Source: Macrostomum lignano (Eukaryota). Taken from it: a stretch of 64,000 bases of DNA. This document shows positions 12,371 to 41,306 of the stretch, piece by piece. The DNA lies in the NCBI GenBank assembly GCA_002269645.1, contig NIVC01000142.1, positions 741,760-805,759 of the forward strand, written 5' to 3'. Position numbers and translations under genes: made by a program. Each line of letters starts with the position of its first letter. The first letter of the stretch is position 1. The notes below the pieces were generated by a model, which worked only from the letters and a program-made list of their open reading frames with translations, searched no databases and was not told where the DNA came from.

Positions 12371-13799
12371 TCTCTATCGCTATGCGAGTCTGACCAGTTC
12401 AACTGCATATATAGCGACCTGTTGCACCTATCCGGGACACGTTCTAACTTGGAAGTCCTCAACTCGGTAATTAAATTGAATGATTTTATTTTCGCCTAAA
12501 ACATTTTTCGACATATTTCAAATACATTTAGCTCGTTAGAAAGAGAGACGTTCGTTTTGTGCTGTAAAAGCAAAAAGATCTCACAGGGTCTAAATAAAAA
12601 GTGTAATGTTGTGCCAGGGTGCAATTGCACCGATGAGCAATCTCTGGCTCTCGGTCAAAGTGTGCCCGGCTCTGCACTCCCACCCCCCCCGGCCGCGTGC
12701 CTGCGCCAACCCCCCCCCATTCTGTCTGCGTCAACCCCCCTCCAGTTGCACCCACCCCACTGCCTGTTAGGCCAGCCGGCTTTGGCTGGCCTGGCCCCTC
12801 TGCCCCCCTTTTTTGAGCACTTGTCAATTCCCCCTTTTTGCTATATCCCCTCCCTCAAAGGTGATTGGCCAACAAGTTGGTATTGCTCTGGGTTGTTGAT
12901 AATGCTGTCTGGCGTGAAACCCTATAGGGCTTACGCCAGGCAGCCTAAATAAATAGAGAACTGCTGGCGGGGGGGGGCAAGTAGAGCGTGTTGTTGTTGA
13001 CGTCTGCCACTACAGAATCAATAAACAAAAAGCCCACCGCCGTGCTGATTGGAAGTCAGAAGTAAGACTCGCGTCCGCATTTATTAATCATTTGGGACTC
13101 GTGTAAAGTGGGTACCGTACGCTCTAGGGACGGACTGATTGCCTTACCTCGACGCGATCCCACGCTCAGTAGCGGAGTCAGTCCGGTCAGCAAGCTGACG
13201 CCAACTCTCAGGCTCGTTCGCTGCAGAATATTCTTAGGAAGCTGGTACGATCACGTGCAGTGACACAACAGTAACAAAAAGTGCCTAATCAAGAACTACT
13301 CAAGTAGGATATGAAACTGTGTTATTCTGTTACACACATTTTGTTACGCAGTCATTAAGCTAATAATGATAGAATAGATTTGAAAAACCAATGAGTCGAG
13401 CCGTGCCATTTTATGATTTTTAAGGCACAGTACAAGTGCGGTTGTACGTAGAGTATAAAGTTAATTGACATTGAAATCTAATTTTATCAATAAAAAGTTT
13501 CCTGAATAATAGAGCTATCAAAAGATAAACATCATTGGGTCTCCCTTAGATCAAAAGCAATAACAATTTTTGTGCTGAAAATTGGAAACCTCTTATCTCC
13601 GTAAGGTATTTCTACATTTATTATTATTAAACGTATTTCCTTATCAGACAGAATCGCGATCTAGGTAAAAATCCTATCGTATATCGAGTTTCATTTTGTT
13701 TTTGTTTCAGTCAGAACAAACTTTCATTAATAAGCCATCACTCTAAAAGAGAAAAAAAATGATGCGAGTTACACACAATTTCAATCCGCAATTCGGCAG

Positions 13800-18103
<4,304 letters not shown>

Positions 18104-18159
18104 TGAGATTGACGCTCTAGGGCTTGATCTGATGATCAGGGGGAGGGCAGCGAAATCGA

Positions 18160-18980
18160 GGGTAACGAATCGAAACAAGGGCAACTCATCAAATGGAGGG
18201 CAACGCATCAAATGGAGGGCAACGCATCAAATGGAGGGCAACGCATCAAATGGAGGACAACTCATCAAATGGAGGGCAACGCATCAAATGGAGGGAAACT
18301 CATCAAATGGAGGGCAACGCATCAAATGGAGGGCAACGAATCTAAGGGAGGGCAACTCATCAAATGGAGGGCAACGAATCTAATGGAGGGCAACGCATCA
18401 AATGGAGGGCAACGAATCTAAGGGAGGGTAACGAATCTAATGGAGGGCAACGCATCAAATGGAGGGCAACGAATCTAAGGGAGGGTAACGAATCTAATGG
18501 AGGGTAACGATCTAAGGGAGGGTAACGAATCTAAGGGAGGGTAACGATCTAAGGGATGGGAACGAATCTAATGGAGGGTAACGAATCTAAGGGAGGGTAA
18601 CGAATCTAAGGGAGGGTAACGATCTAAGGGATGGGAACGAATCTAAGGGAGGGTAACGAATCTAAGGGAGGGTAACGAATCTAAGGGAGGGTAACGATCT
18701 AAGGGATGGGAACGAATCTAAGGGAGGGTAACTAATCTAATGGAGGGTTACGAATCTAAGGGAGGGTAACGAATCTAAGGGAGGGTAACGAATCTAAGGG
18801 AGGGTAACGAATCTAAGGGAGGGTAACGATCTAAGGGATGGGAACGAATCTAAGGGAGGGTAACGAATCTAAGGGAGGGTTACGAATCTAAGGAGGGTAA
18901 CGAATCTAAGGGAGGGTAACGAATCTAAGGGAGGGTAACTAATCTAAGGGAGGGTAACTAATCTAATGGAGAGTAACGAC
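18160..18980. repeat. 19-nt minisatellite immediately upstream of the lectin gene
   Basis: Unit ggagggcaacgcatcaaat grades into gagggtaacgaatctaagg. Confidence 0.95.
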
Positions 18981-19630
18981 ACAACAAAAATAGACTCTCA
19001 ACCATGAGGGGTCGATCTTACCAAGTTGCGCGATGTCCCCTTCGTTCCAAACAGTCTCTCCAGTGTTTCCCAACTGACGGAGCTGCATCAGTGACAGCTC
19101 AAATACGAATTATACGAATTCACATTGGGTGAAGTTTTGTCATGGTAACATTTTCTATACACTAATTTCACTCTCAGTTGCTACGGGTTACTACGCTCGT
19201 AAAGTAGGGAACAATGGTAGACCATAAATTAGATTAAGCACGGACGTGCCAAGTACCAATCGCCAACAGCCTTTGATGATGCTTAACCAGCCTGGTTTGC
19301 TCTGTGAAAGGATAATTTCATTAATTACTATTGTCTTGCTGGGCAGAAAAGTTTCAGGTGCAGGAAATCTCAATTATGAAAGAGTGTCCCTTTCGCATTG
19401 TCCATTGACCAATCTTGTCACGCAATTCCTAATTAAGAGTCGTGTACTCTAATGAAGGTTCAGAGCGCGGCTGCGACACTTCAGGACTGGTAGTACCGCA
19501 GACTGAGGCATTGCCTGACCGACAGTCAGAAGGTGGTCAAGAACAATAAGTTGCTGGGCCGGCAAATTTATGTTCCAATGGCCTTAAATTACTTCAAGTA
19601 TTTGTTTTCTTTGTTTCAATTCGGTTCCTA

Positions 19631-20268
19631 GCTCTTCCCTGCCCCTTGCTCTTCCCTGTCCCTTGCTCTTCCCTGCCCCTTGCTCTTCCCTGCCCCTTGC
19701 TCTTCCCTGCCCCTTGCTCTTCCCTGCCCCTTGCTCTTCCCTGCCCCTTGCTCTTCCCTGTCCCTTGCTCTTCCCTGTCCCTTGCTCTTCCCTGTCCCTT
19801 GCTCTTCCCTGCCCCTTGCTCTTCCCTGTCCCTTGCTCTTCCCTGCCCTTGCTCTTCCCTGCCCCTTGCTCTTCCCTGCCCCTTGCTCTTCCCTGCCCCT
19901 TGCTCTTCCCTGTCCCTTGCTCTTCCCTGTCCCTTGCTCTTCCCTGTCCCTTGCTCTTCCCTGCCCCTTGCTCTTCCCTGTCCCTTGCTCTTCCCTGTCC
20001 CTTGCTCTTCCCTGTCCCTTGCTCTTCCCTGTCCCTTGCTCTTCCCTGTCCCTTGCTCTTCCCTGCCCCTTGCTCTTCCCTGTCCCTTGCTCTTCCCTGC
20101 CCCTTGCTCTTCCCTGTCCCTTGCTCTTCCCTGTCCCTTGCTCTTCCCTGTCCCTTGCTCTTCCCTGCCCCTTGCTCTTCCCTGCCCCTTGCTCTTCCCT
20201 GTCCCTTGCTCTTCCCTGTCCCTTGCTCTTCCCTGTCCCTTGCTCTTCCCTGCCCCTTGCTCTTCCCT
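19631..20268. repeat. 17-nt pyrimidine-rich minisatellite
   Basis: Unit gctcttccctg(c/t)ccctt. Confidence 0.97.
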
Positions 20269-20964
20269 TTGACGCTAGGGGAAGGACTTTACGCTAATAG
20301 TATTACTAACAGTAGTCATTTAAGAAAAGTATATAGATGAATTCATGAATTAAAAATGTCCAAGAGGATAGTTGAAACAATACTGCGGCCTGCAGTACTG
20401 TGGAAAAGTTCTTTTCCAAAGTCTTCCAGCGCTCCCCCTCTATTGAAAATTGAGCAGAGTGGCAGCATCGCAGCGATGGCGGGCCGGTGCGCGGGAGACA
20501 AAAGCGGAGGACTGCAGGTTGCTACAATTCGCATGCACGCCATCCTGCCGTCTTCTTTGCTTCTTCTTCTTCTATGGGCCGTAGCAGGACAATGGCCAAT
20601 GATGGGGCCGTTGCTGCTGCTGCTGCTGCTGTGGTTCTTGCAGATGCTTAGGGAGAAAGAAGGGAGGATTAACTCCCCCTGCCGTCGTCAGGTTCCCTCA
20701 TTTAGAAATTGCTAATATTGTTTAAAAGCCGCACCATTGTTCGGGAGTAGCTTCAGAGTCCTACACAGAAACAGCTGTAGCGCCTCACTCAGCTTGGGTA
20801 AGTCAGTGTTTGGCACTTTCAAATCGTTTGGGCTATTCATTGGAATTCAAGTATTAAAAATTTCTGCAGTATTTTGTTTTGCAAATCGGTTTTGTGCTCG
20901 ACGCTTTGTTGGATGCAATGAACTAAGAATAACAAAATCACTGGAAAATGCAATAAAAACTCAA

Positions 20965-21225
20965 ACTGCAGTAGCAGCGCAACAACACATTGACCAAGTG
21001 CAGTAGCAACGCAACAAGCACATTGACCAAGTGCAGTAGCAACGCAACAACACATTGACCAAGTGCAGTAGCAACGCAACAACACATTGACCAAGTGCAG
21101 TAGCAACGCAACAACACATTGACCAAGTGCAGTAGCAACGCAACAACACATTGACTAAGTGCAGTAGCAACGCAACAACACATTGACCAAATGCAGTAGC
21201 AACGCAACAGCTCATTGACAAAAGA
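20965..21225. repeat. 32-nt minisatellite upstream of the K2P gene
   Basis: Unit gcagtagcaacgcaacaacacattgaccaagt. Confidence 0.95.
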
Positions 21226-21297
21226 ACAGCAAATGAGCAAAATTGCAAAATCAACATTGCTTCACCACTCGCTCTTCTTGTGCAGCTCCGCCACGAG

Positions 21298-24069
21298 ATG
21301 TACTCAAACAGCGGCTTCGAGGCTGACACCTTCGGCGAGTTCGGCGGTAAGACGTCGGCCGGCTTCGATGTCAGGCGCGACGGTGGCTTCCGCACCACGG
21401 CGCTAAACGGCGAATTTGGCGGCTTCGAACCGGCCGGCAAGAAGCCGGAACTGGAAGTCCAAGAGGAAGACGAAGAGCAGCAGCAGCAGAAGAAGAGCAA
21501 GATGAACCGGTGCATGAAGCGCTTCTCTTCCATAATGCTGTCCCACCTGGGCACATTTCTCATTGTGGTGCTCTACACCCTCATGGGCGGCTTCCTGTTC
21601 CAATACTTGGAGGTCGAGAACGAGATCTCGGGCTGCCAGACCAAGTCTGAAAAGTTCATTGCCAAACTGGACGAGTCGGTTGACCAAATCTACAACATAG
21701 CGCAGGGCACCAACGCTACTCAAGCCAAGTCAGCCATTCAGGAAGAGTTGAACCAGTTCGCGCAGGACACGTACACCCTGGGGGTGGATCCGTCTATGAA
21801 CTGCACTACTCTGAAGACGGGAGAGAGCATGCCTAGCTGGAATGTGGCCAACGCGGCGTACTTCTGCGTCACCATCATTACCACGATTGGTGAGTGGCAG
21901 CCAGTGTCGACGTGGACCTGGGAAGAATCCGAATATGTTAATATGTTTTGTTAATACCGTCAGGAGAGTTCTTGTATCAGTTCAGTATGACAGGGGAAGA
22001 GCTAAGGGCAGAGCATGAGTGACAGTTCCACAAATAGGATATCGCAAATAGGAGAGTGGACAGTACGTAAATAGGAGAGTGACAGCAGTACCGCAAATAG
22101 AAGAGTGACAGTACCGCAAATAGGAGAGTGACAGCAGTACCGCAAATAGGAGAGTGACAGTACCGCAAATAGGAGAGGGACAGTACCGCAAAGAGGAGAG
22201 TGACAGTACCGCAAATAGAAGAGTGACAGTACCGCAAATAGGAGAGTGACAGTACCGCAAATAGGAGAGTGACAGTACCGCAAATAGGAGAGTGACAGCA
22301 GTACCGCAAATAGGAGAGGGACAGTACCGCAAAAAGGAGAGTGACAGTACCGCAAATAGAAGAGTGACAGTATCGCAAAGAGGAGAGTGACAGTACTGCA
22401 AATAGGAGAGTGACAGTATCGCAAAGTAGAGTGGCTAAAATAATATTGAAGCACCAAAGGATGATGAGAGAGACATAGTTATTAGTGTTAAGAAGGTGCA
22501 TCAGATAAACAAAGGGATAGCTCAGCACTAAATAGCGCCTTAAATCGCCTGGCTACGGCTCGTTTGTGTCAAACTGGTTGATCACCAACCCCCTCCCCCA
22601 GGATACGGTCACATCAGTCCGGTCACGCAGTGGGGCCAGATTGTGTGCATGATCTACTCAATTCTGGGCATCCCGCTCATGCTGCTGTTCTTGTCAAAGA
22701 TCGGCGAACCAACCGCAATGCTATTTCGCAGTTTTTATCTCAATATCTTCTGCTGCAAGTGCTTTGTTAAGAAGCTGCCCAACGAGAACAAGCTGATGGA
22801 GGCGATGCAGGAGAACGGCGGCAACGCGCAGACCAGCTGGCAGCAGGTGGAAGAGGGCGATGGCAAGCGGCCACCGGCAAAGGTGATTGATTTTTTTTAC
22901 TTAGTCACACCGCCAACTCATTTGGAGGGAGGACAGACTCACTCACCGAAGTCCTCAGGTTTCCCACCCATGAAGGCCTGAAGATTAGAAAGTCAGGGCC
23001 AGTCAGTCAAGTACACCTGTGTGTGCCTGAGTACGAACTATGCCCAGGGGTGGGCGACTGCTAACTATTCACTCAGATGCCGTAGCACTGATGAATTTAC
23101 ACCTTTAAAACTGAATTAAAATCTCAGGTGACCGTCATCGAGGACGATGTTGAAGAGGAAGAAGAGAACGAAGAAGACGATGTGGTGAACATCCCCATCA
23201 CGGTGACCATCATACTGCTCATTCTGTACATCCTGATGGGAGCTGCCGTGTTCATGGTGTGGGAGAAGGAGTGGACTCTGGTTGAGGGCACCTATTTCTC
23301 ATTCATCACGCTGAGCACTATCGGATTCGGAGACTACGTGCCCGGCCGTGACGGGCCATTTAATGATGTAAGCCAATAATGTTGCAAGTCTCACAGGTTT
23401 GCCAAGCTGTTTTTTCATGAACTGCTGCCGGAGACCGACAGGCAAGCAAAGTTGCGGCAAAGTTTTTTTTCTGGACGGATTTGTCTATGGCCAAACCCCA
23501 CTCAGAGCTGTGCAAAACGGCAAATCATTGCGAAATCGGTCTAGAAAACACGCTCTGCAATATTGGGACATAGCTTTTTTTCAAACTTTTCCGACAAAAC
23601 CTGTGAGTGCACCTTGAACGAAACGCTTACTAGCTTCGAGAGCAGCGTCCTTGGACTTTAGCTGTCCATGCTGGGTCATCAAGTGCTGTGGTCAGCTAAC
23701 AGACAAATCCTCCCCCAACCCTTACAGATACAGGTGATCACAGAGCTCCTGGTTGGCTGCATCTACTGCCTGTTCGGCTTGGCCATGCTGTCAATGTGCA
23801 TCAACCTTATCCAGGACGAGATACAGGCCAAGTTCCAGTGGCTCGGCCGCAAGATCGGCATGATCAAAAAAGCACCAATTGAGGAAATCGAAGATGAAGA
23901 CGAAGAGGATGATGAGGAGGACGGCAGCAGCGACAGCGGCAGCGGCAGTGGCAGCGACGGCGACAGCGAAGAGGATACCTACGAGGACGCCAAGTCCAGC
24001 AAGACTGGATCGACATCAGCGGCGCCAACTTCTGCTCGAAGCAAAGCAGCCAGCAGCAGCTTTGCCTGA
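21298..24069 (+). CDS. Two-pore-domain (K2P, KCNK/TWK family) potassium channel, ~484 aa; exons 21298-21889, 22602-22882, 23128-23367, 23728-24069
   Basis: M1 (LIVVLYTLMGGFLFQYLE), cap, P1 (YFCVTIITTIG|YG), M2 (YSILGIPLMLLFL), M3, P2 (YFSFITLSTIGFGDYVPG), M4 (YCLFGLAMLSMCI). GT-AG junctions in phase 1,0,0. An acceptor at 21284-21285 could add an upstream exon. Confidence 0.93.
22050..22430. repeat. 23/26-nt minisatellite in K2P intron 1
   Basis: Unit gagtgacagtaccgcaaatagga. Confidence 0.95.
23405..23510 (+). repeat. Dispersed repeat, second copy at ~40770-40895
   Basis: ttttcatgaactgctgccggagaccg...gcaagcaaagttgcgg and ggatttgtctatggccaaacccca occur at both sites. Confidence 0.8.
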
Positions 24070-24164
24070 TGACGGCCAGAGAGAATATTTGACACTGTGG
24101 GAAACTGGACGAACTGCAGTACTGACTGGGGTGGCTGGGCTGGTTGCATCAGGAGCCACTAGAA

Positions 24165-25545
24165 CTAGATTTGTGAGGCTTGTGACGTTTCTAAGGTTTG
24201 TGAGGTTTGTGAGGTTTCTGAGGTTTCTGAGGTTTCTGAGGTTTCTAAGGTTTGTGAGGCTTGTGACGTTTCTAAGGTTTGTGAGGTTTGTGAGGTTTGT
24301 GAGGTTTGTGAGGTTTCTGAGGTTTCTGAGGTTTGTGATGTTTGTGAGGTTTCTGAGGTTTCTAAGGTTTGTGAGGTTTGTGAGGTTTGTGAGATTTCTG
24401 AGGTTTGTGAGGTTTGTGAGGTTTGTGAGATTTGTGAGGTTTCTGAGGTTTCTGAGGTTTGTGATGTTTGTGAGGTTTCTGAGGTTTCTGAGGTTTCTGA
24501 GGTTTCTAAGGTTTGTGATGTTTGTGAGGTTTCTGAGGTTTCTAAGGTTTCTGAGGTTTCTAAGGTTTGTGATGTTTGTGAGGTTTCTGAGGTTTGTGAG
24601 GTTTGTGAGGTTTCTGAGGTTTCTGAGGTTTGTGAGGTTTGTGAGGTTTGTGAGGTTTGTGAGGTTTGTGAGGTTTGTGAGGCTTGTGAGGTTTGTGAGG
24701 TTTGTGAGGTTTGTGAGGTTTTTGAGGTTTGAGGTTTGTGATGTTTGTGAGGTTTCTGAGGTTTGTGAGGTTTGTGAAGTTTCTGAGGTTTGTGAGGCTT
24801 GTGACGTTTCTAAGGTTTGTGAGGTTTGTGAGGTTTGTGAGGTTTGTGAGGTTTGTGAGGTTTGTGAGGTTTGTGAGATTTCTGAGGTTTGTGAGGTTTC
24901 TGAGGTTTGTGAGGTTTCTGAGGTTTGTGAGGTTTGTGAGGTTTGTGAGGTTTGTGAGGTTTGTGAGGTTTGTGAGGTTTGTGAGGTTTGTGAGGCTTGT
25001 GAGGTTTGTGAGGTTTGTGAGGTTTGTGAGGTTTTTGAGGTTTGAGGTTTGTGATGTTTGTGAGGTTTCTGAGGTTTGTGAGGTTTGTGAAGTTTCTGAG
25101 GTTTGTGAGGCTTGTGACGTTTCTAAGGTTTGTGAGGTTTGTGAGGTTTGTGAGGTTTGTGAGGTTTGTGAGGTTTGTGAGGTTTGTGAGATTTCTGAGG
25201 TTTGTGAGGTTTGTGAGGTTTGTGAGATTTGTGAGGTTTCTGAGGTTTCTGAGGTTTGTGATGTTTGTGAGGTTTCTGAGGTTTCTGAGGTTTCTGAGGT
25301 TTCTGAGGTTTGTGATGTTTGTGAGGTTTCTGAGGTTTCTAAGGTTTCTGAGGTTTCTAAGGTTTGTGATGTTTGTGAGGTTTCTGAGGTTTCTGAGGTT
25401 TCTGAGGTTTCTAAGGTTTCTGAGGTTTTTGAGGTTTTTGAGGTTTCTGAGGTTTGTGAGGTTTGTGAGGTTTGTGAGGCTTGTGAGGTTTGTGAGGTTT
25501 GTGAGGTTTGTGAGGTTTTTGAGGTTTGAGGTTTGTGACGTTTCA
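24165..25545. repeat. 9-nt satellite (gaggttt[g/c]t)n with 313-bp higher-order duplication
   Basis: The same variant order begins at 24729 and 25042. Confidence 0.95.
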
Positions 25546-26437
25546 GACATTCGACCGATTCTGTCTGTCTAAGATGAGCTCTGAAGTTTTATTGAGGCGT
25601 TTCACTGCTTGTCAACCCACCTAGTCCAGTAAAAGCGGTAGTGCTCTTGGTCTGCTGAGACTGTCCTCTGCTTAGGTTTAGAATTTTACCTAGCTTCGTG
25701 TCTGTCTTTACTTACCCGTATACTGCTGTCTCACTGGAATCCCCTTTCTGAGTTTCCTTCTCTACTGATGCAGATCCGATTAGGCTGCTCGACTTACTTA
25801 TTTAGACTTACTGCACTTGGCACATGGCGCCAGTTACTGTACATGTAGCACCACCTATCGCAAACTCGACTCTTCTGTTGTTAACTGATTGAAAAAAAGT
25901 AAACTATTTTTTTATATTTCACTGTCGATATTACTATTATTACACTTGTAATTCTTTGTCAGTAAGCAAACTTATTCGAACTGGCATGGCTGGCTCGCGG
26001 GTCTGCCCTCGCCTTGACTGGACAAACCAACCAAGCTAGCTAATGAAGCAGGGGTTGTATTCGCATGGACAAAGTTTGTTTCTCTCGGATCTCCCCCTGC
26101 TGTCCGGTTGCCAGCAGCAACGCGGCGCACTCACAAGGCTGTCACAACTGCAGACACGCACAGCCTGCAACCCTCAAAATGCTTCTTTTGCTGTTGCTGT
26201 TGCTGTTGCTGCTTCTGACGCTCGCTTTGCTAAAAAAAGGAAAATCATTAAAACTGCATTGTGAGGCTCTGGCAAAGCAAGAGCTGTGTTGAAGTGAGTA
26301 GAGAGGCAAGCTTAGGGGTTGGGAATGCCTGAGTCTAGAACTTAAAACTGGCTGCAAGCTTCCTGCGTATTGTTCAAGTGAAAAGTCCAAAATCATCCAA
26401 ACATTCCCCCATCGACTACAGGTTTGCAAGGGCCGAT

Positions 26438-26824
26438 CCAAGGACCACTGTAATATCACAGGACGCAAAACTCAAATGTCGTTAATTTTTTTAGGAGGCT
26501 AGAAAAATACATTTGCGGAGACAGGAAATAATAATTTCTTTCATCACATAATCAATGATTGCATTTGATCTGGGACAGTAAAGATTACCATTTCTTAATG
26601 CTCAAGCCTTGGCTTATGGAAAATAGAAAATTAAGTAATATGAAAACACACATGTGTAGAAAAGTTGCAACTACATAAAATATAACAGAACAACTTTTTG
26701 TGCATGCTAAATTTAAAGAATGGTAATATTCACTGCCCCAGATCAAATGCAATCATTGATTTTGTGATGAAAAAAACTGCACGATCTTTGAGTTTTACAT
26801 CTGTTATACTACAGTGGTCCTTGG
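26438..26824. mobile_element. Foldback MITE-like element with long interrupted inverted repeats
   Basis: 26438-26482 pairs with ~26780-26824 (ccaaggaccactgta... / ...tacagtggtccttgg) and 26538-26594 pairs with 26718-26773. Confidence 0.7.
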
Positions 26825-27751
26825 GCTGACCATAGACTGTCCGAGTTGCTATCATTAAGGAGCGTCAAAGATAGTGAGATAGTTGCTTTGTCAAGCCAAG
26901 TTGATAAAGTCAATCAAGCTGAGAGTTCCCACATGGCAGCTGCGGAGATGATGGTCTTGCCGATAAACATAGACGGAATGACGGCAAGCAAGGTGATAAT
27001 TCGGCCATAGACAATCAGGACAAAAGGGGTGCCACATTTCCTGTCTGCAATGGTCCAGGGAAGTCTAGAAGTCGAGTCCTGTTTTGCCTCCTATACGATA
27101 AGGGCCCTCTTACTTGGACTTAGATTTTCGGCTTGACAATATTTTTAACAACAAAACGTTGCTTCAATCTACTTAAAGTAGTAAAATCCATTATCGACTT
27201 TGAAAATATATTGAAACGGTTGACGATTCAACGGAATATCAACTTTTAAACTACACTTAAAGTTCAGAGCCCTGTTCAAAGTCCTGGACCCTGTCATCAG
27301 GCAGTGTAAGAACTTTATGGATTGCGTGTTTGGCCTTGCAGGACAAGACCAAAGCGATTTCACTATCGCCTTCACAAGAAACTCCAGCAGCTATTCACTA
27401 GAAATAACTCAAGATCCCCAGTTACTGCACCTGCTCAATCAGAGCCTTTCATCATTGAAATATTTTTACAGCTCCCTGCTGGATGTAAAGGGACCACCGC
27501 AGCCGCCCGCTAGCTAATGAAGTCCATGCATGGCCGGAAGCGCCACCCCCCGAACATTACCTGATTACGGTCGGCAGGCAGGCAGTGCCACTGCACGGTA
27601 CTGGCCATGTGCGGGAATTAGGCAAGCCGGCCCAATGGCTGACGTTTCAAAGCGCCAATGAGAGAGTCTAGCTTAAACAGACAAAACCTGGGCTTGGTGA
27701 GCAATATATTCGAGCACACCAGTGACTAGCTTAGAAATCCAGGCTGTTGCA

Positions 27752-35488
<7,737 letters not shown>

Positions 35489-35864
35489 TGGGGGCTGGTG
35501 GTTTTTAGAGTGGGTTTGCTAGCAAGTCTGTATCGCTCAAAGATCTTTTTATAACCATTGAGCTGGATGGCTAAAGCAAGTAAATGTTGGTACCTTTGAA
35601 AATGCGACTGAGACTTAGACACAAGGGTACTTAAATTTACTTTAAATCGTTTATCTAATAAAAATTTCAAATGAGTCATGGAGTGTGAGACTGTTGTTGC
35701 TAAAAATATAGCAAACCTATTGCTACTTTACGGCTGCTAAGTGTACTATTTGCCAGATAAATAAACTAGGATTCAATGGACTATGAGTCTCAACGTCAGT
35801 ACTTAGACTGATAGAGTTTGGATGGGTTGGGACTAAAAATTTGCTTGCGGTTGGGGTTGAGCCT

Positions 35865-36205
35865 GAAGGGTTTTGGGTGCTGGGTGTGAGAGGTGTTGGC
35901 CGTGAGGGGCATTGGGCGTAAGGGGTGCTGGATGTGAGGGGTGTTGGGTGTGAGGGGCGTTGGGCGTAAGGAGTGTTGGATGTGAGGGGTGCTGGATGTG
36001 AGGGGTGTTGGGTGTGAGGGGTGTTGGGCGTGAGGGGTGTTGGCCGTGAGGGGTGTTGGGTGTGAGGGGTGTTGGGCGTGAGGGGTGTTGGCCGTGAGGG
36101 GTGTTGGGTGTGAGGGGCGTTGGGCGTGAGGGGTGTTGGGCGTGAGGGGCGTTGGGCGTAAGGGGTGTTGGATGCGAGGGGTGTTGGGTGTGAGGGTTGT
36201 TGGGT
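35865..36205. repeat. 16-nt G-rich minisatellite
   Basis: Unit gtgaggggtgttggg(c/t). Confidence 0.93.
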
Positions 36206-36614
36206 GTATGCAAAGAGTTGATTCAAGCGTACCTTTTGAAAATCTGGAATAAATTGCATGCACATGAAGGAATTAGCTGGCAGTGGTAATATCATAATTA
36301 GAGATTTAGAGAATAACTCGTTGCTCATGGACTAATTAGCAAGGACTACTCAAGTCTACTCAATTAGTCATTGCTAATTATGTCAAGTAGGCAAGTGAAA
36401 ACACATTTGCCTGATGACGACTCAAGCGCTCTACAAGCAAAGTAATTGGCGTACAGATTTTGCTGACAAATTCCATATCATTAGCATTAGGTAGTCAACC
36501 AATATCGCAAATTGAAATTTAATTTCACAAATCCCTACGCTCTACCGATAGTAGAAACCTAAAGATATTATTTACTGAATTCACTGAGAACTAGCATAGA
36601 AAAAGACATGAACT

Positions 36615-40215
<3,601 letters not shown>

Positions 40216-41199
40216 TCTGTTTGTTTTTTCAGAATCGGATTTAAATTAAAGACAGGTGCTTCTCTCAGCGTTTAATTAATAAACAGTTAATATTGTCAGA
40301 GGCGAAGGCCATTTTCAACTATTATGACGCTTGTTTTCAGTCTGGTAGATAACGATACGAGCGTATGTCGTGACTCGGGACTAATTATAAACCATAAACT
40401 ATTGTTGTTACTAGTATACATTGCTGAATACATTTTCATTGTTTTCATTGTTCACGTACGAGCGAATTTTCCACATATTTATACTTTTAGTAGAGTATCG
40501 AATAAAAGTTCCTTATAAAATTATGCATGTAATACTTTTGTAAGACAAAAATCTTTTCTTCCAAACAAGCTTGTTTTATACTACTAAACAAGCAATAGCC
40601 ATGGCGGCGAAATGAGATCGCTGCACTCGCAACTCGTGCAATTTTTTCTGGAATCTTTGATTTTTCCTGTGAAATGCATTTCAATCTTTTTAGCACTGAA
40701 TTCACAGTAGTTCCTCTTCTGGAAATGCAGCCAGCAGGTGTTTTGTTGGAGATACAGTCACAAGTTTATCAAGCTGTTTTTTCATGAACTGCTGCCGGAG
40801 ACCGGCAAGCAAGCAAAGTTGCGGTGAAATTCCAGCTGCTCCTGTCTCTGCAGTGTTTTCTCTCGAAAGGATTTGTCTATGGCCAAACCCCAGCCAGCGC
40901 TGTGTAAATAGCAACCCACTAAGAAGTCCTCTCAGAAAGCACAAATTCTGAATTTTAAATTCGAAATCGTAGCGGAACCGTATTTTCACGACCTGTCAGT
41001 GTAGAGCCCACGGATTTTAGCTGTTCATGGTAAGAAAAATACACAAGGCAGAAAAAAAGTGGAAAATTATTTAAAGCCAACTGTGCATCACTTTTGCGAA
41101 TGATTGTGCCGCTCAATGCTAATCAGTTTTTTGCATCGGTTTATTGTTTTTGTTGCCAGGAATATTTGCTTGGTCAAAGGTTCGGCCGCTGCGAGAGAG

Positions 41200-41202
<3 letters not shown>

Positions 41203-41252
<50 letters not shown>
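41203..41252. repeat. (GA)n microsatellite in the probable 3' UTR of the neuropeptide gene
   Basis: Direct reading of the sequence. Confidence 0.97.
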
Positions 41253-41255
<3 letters not shown>

Positions 41256-41306
41256 CAGGTCTTTAGTCAGCAAAGTCCGTCAGTCGCGAGCCGGGACTCA
41301 AGCAGC

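Noticed and set aside
23879-25572. 388-aa and other RFV/CEV/NLT-repeat ORFs
   Set aside because: Read-through into a 9-nt satellite in a frame other than the K2P gene.
26840-27120. Possible gag-like relic (coiled-coil-like stretch and FPVCNGPGK)
   Set aside because: No intact zinc knuckle, interrupted by stops, too weak to call.
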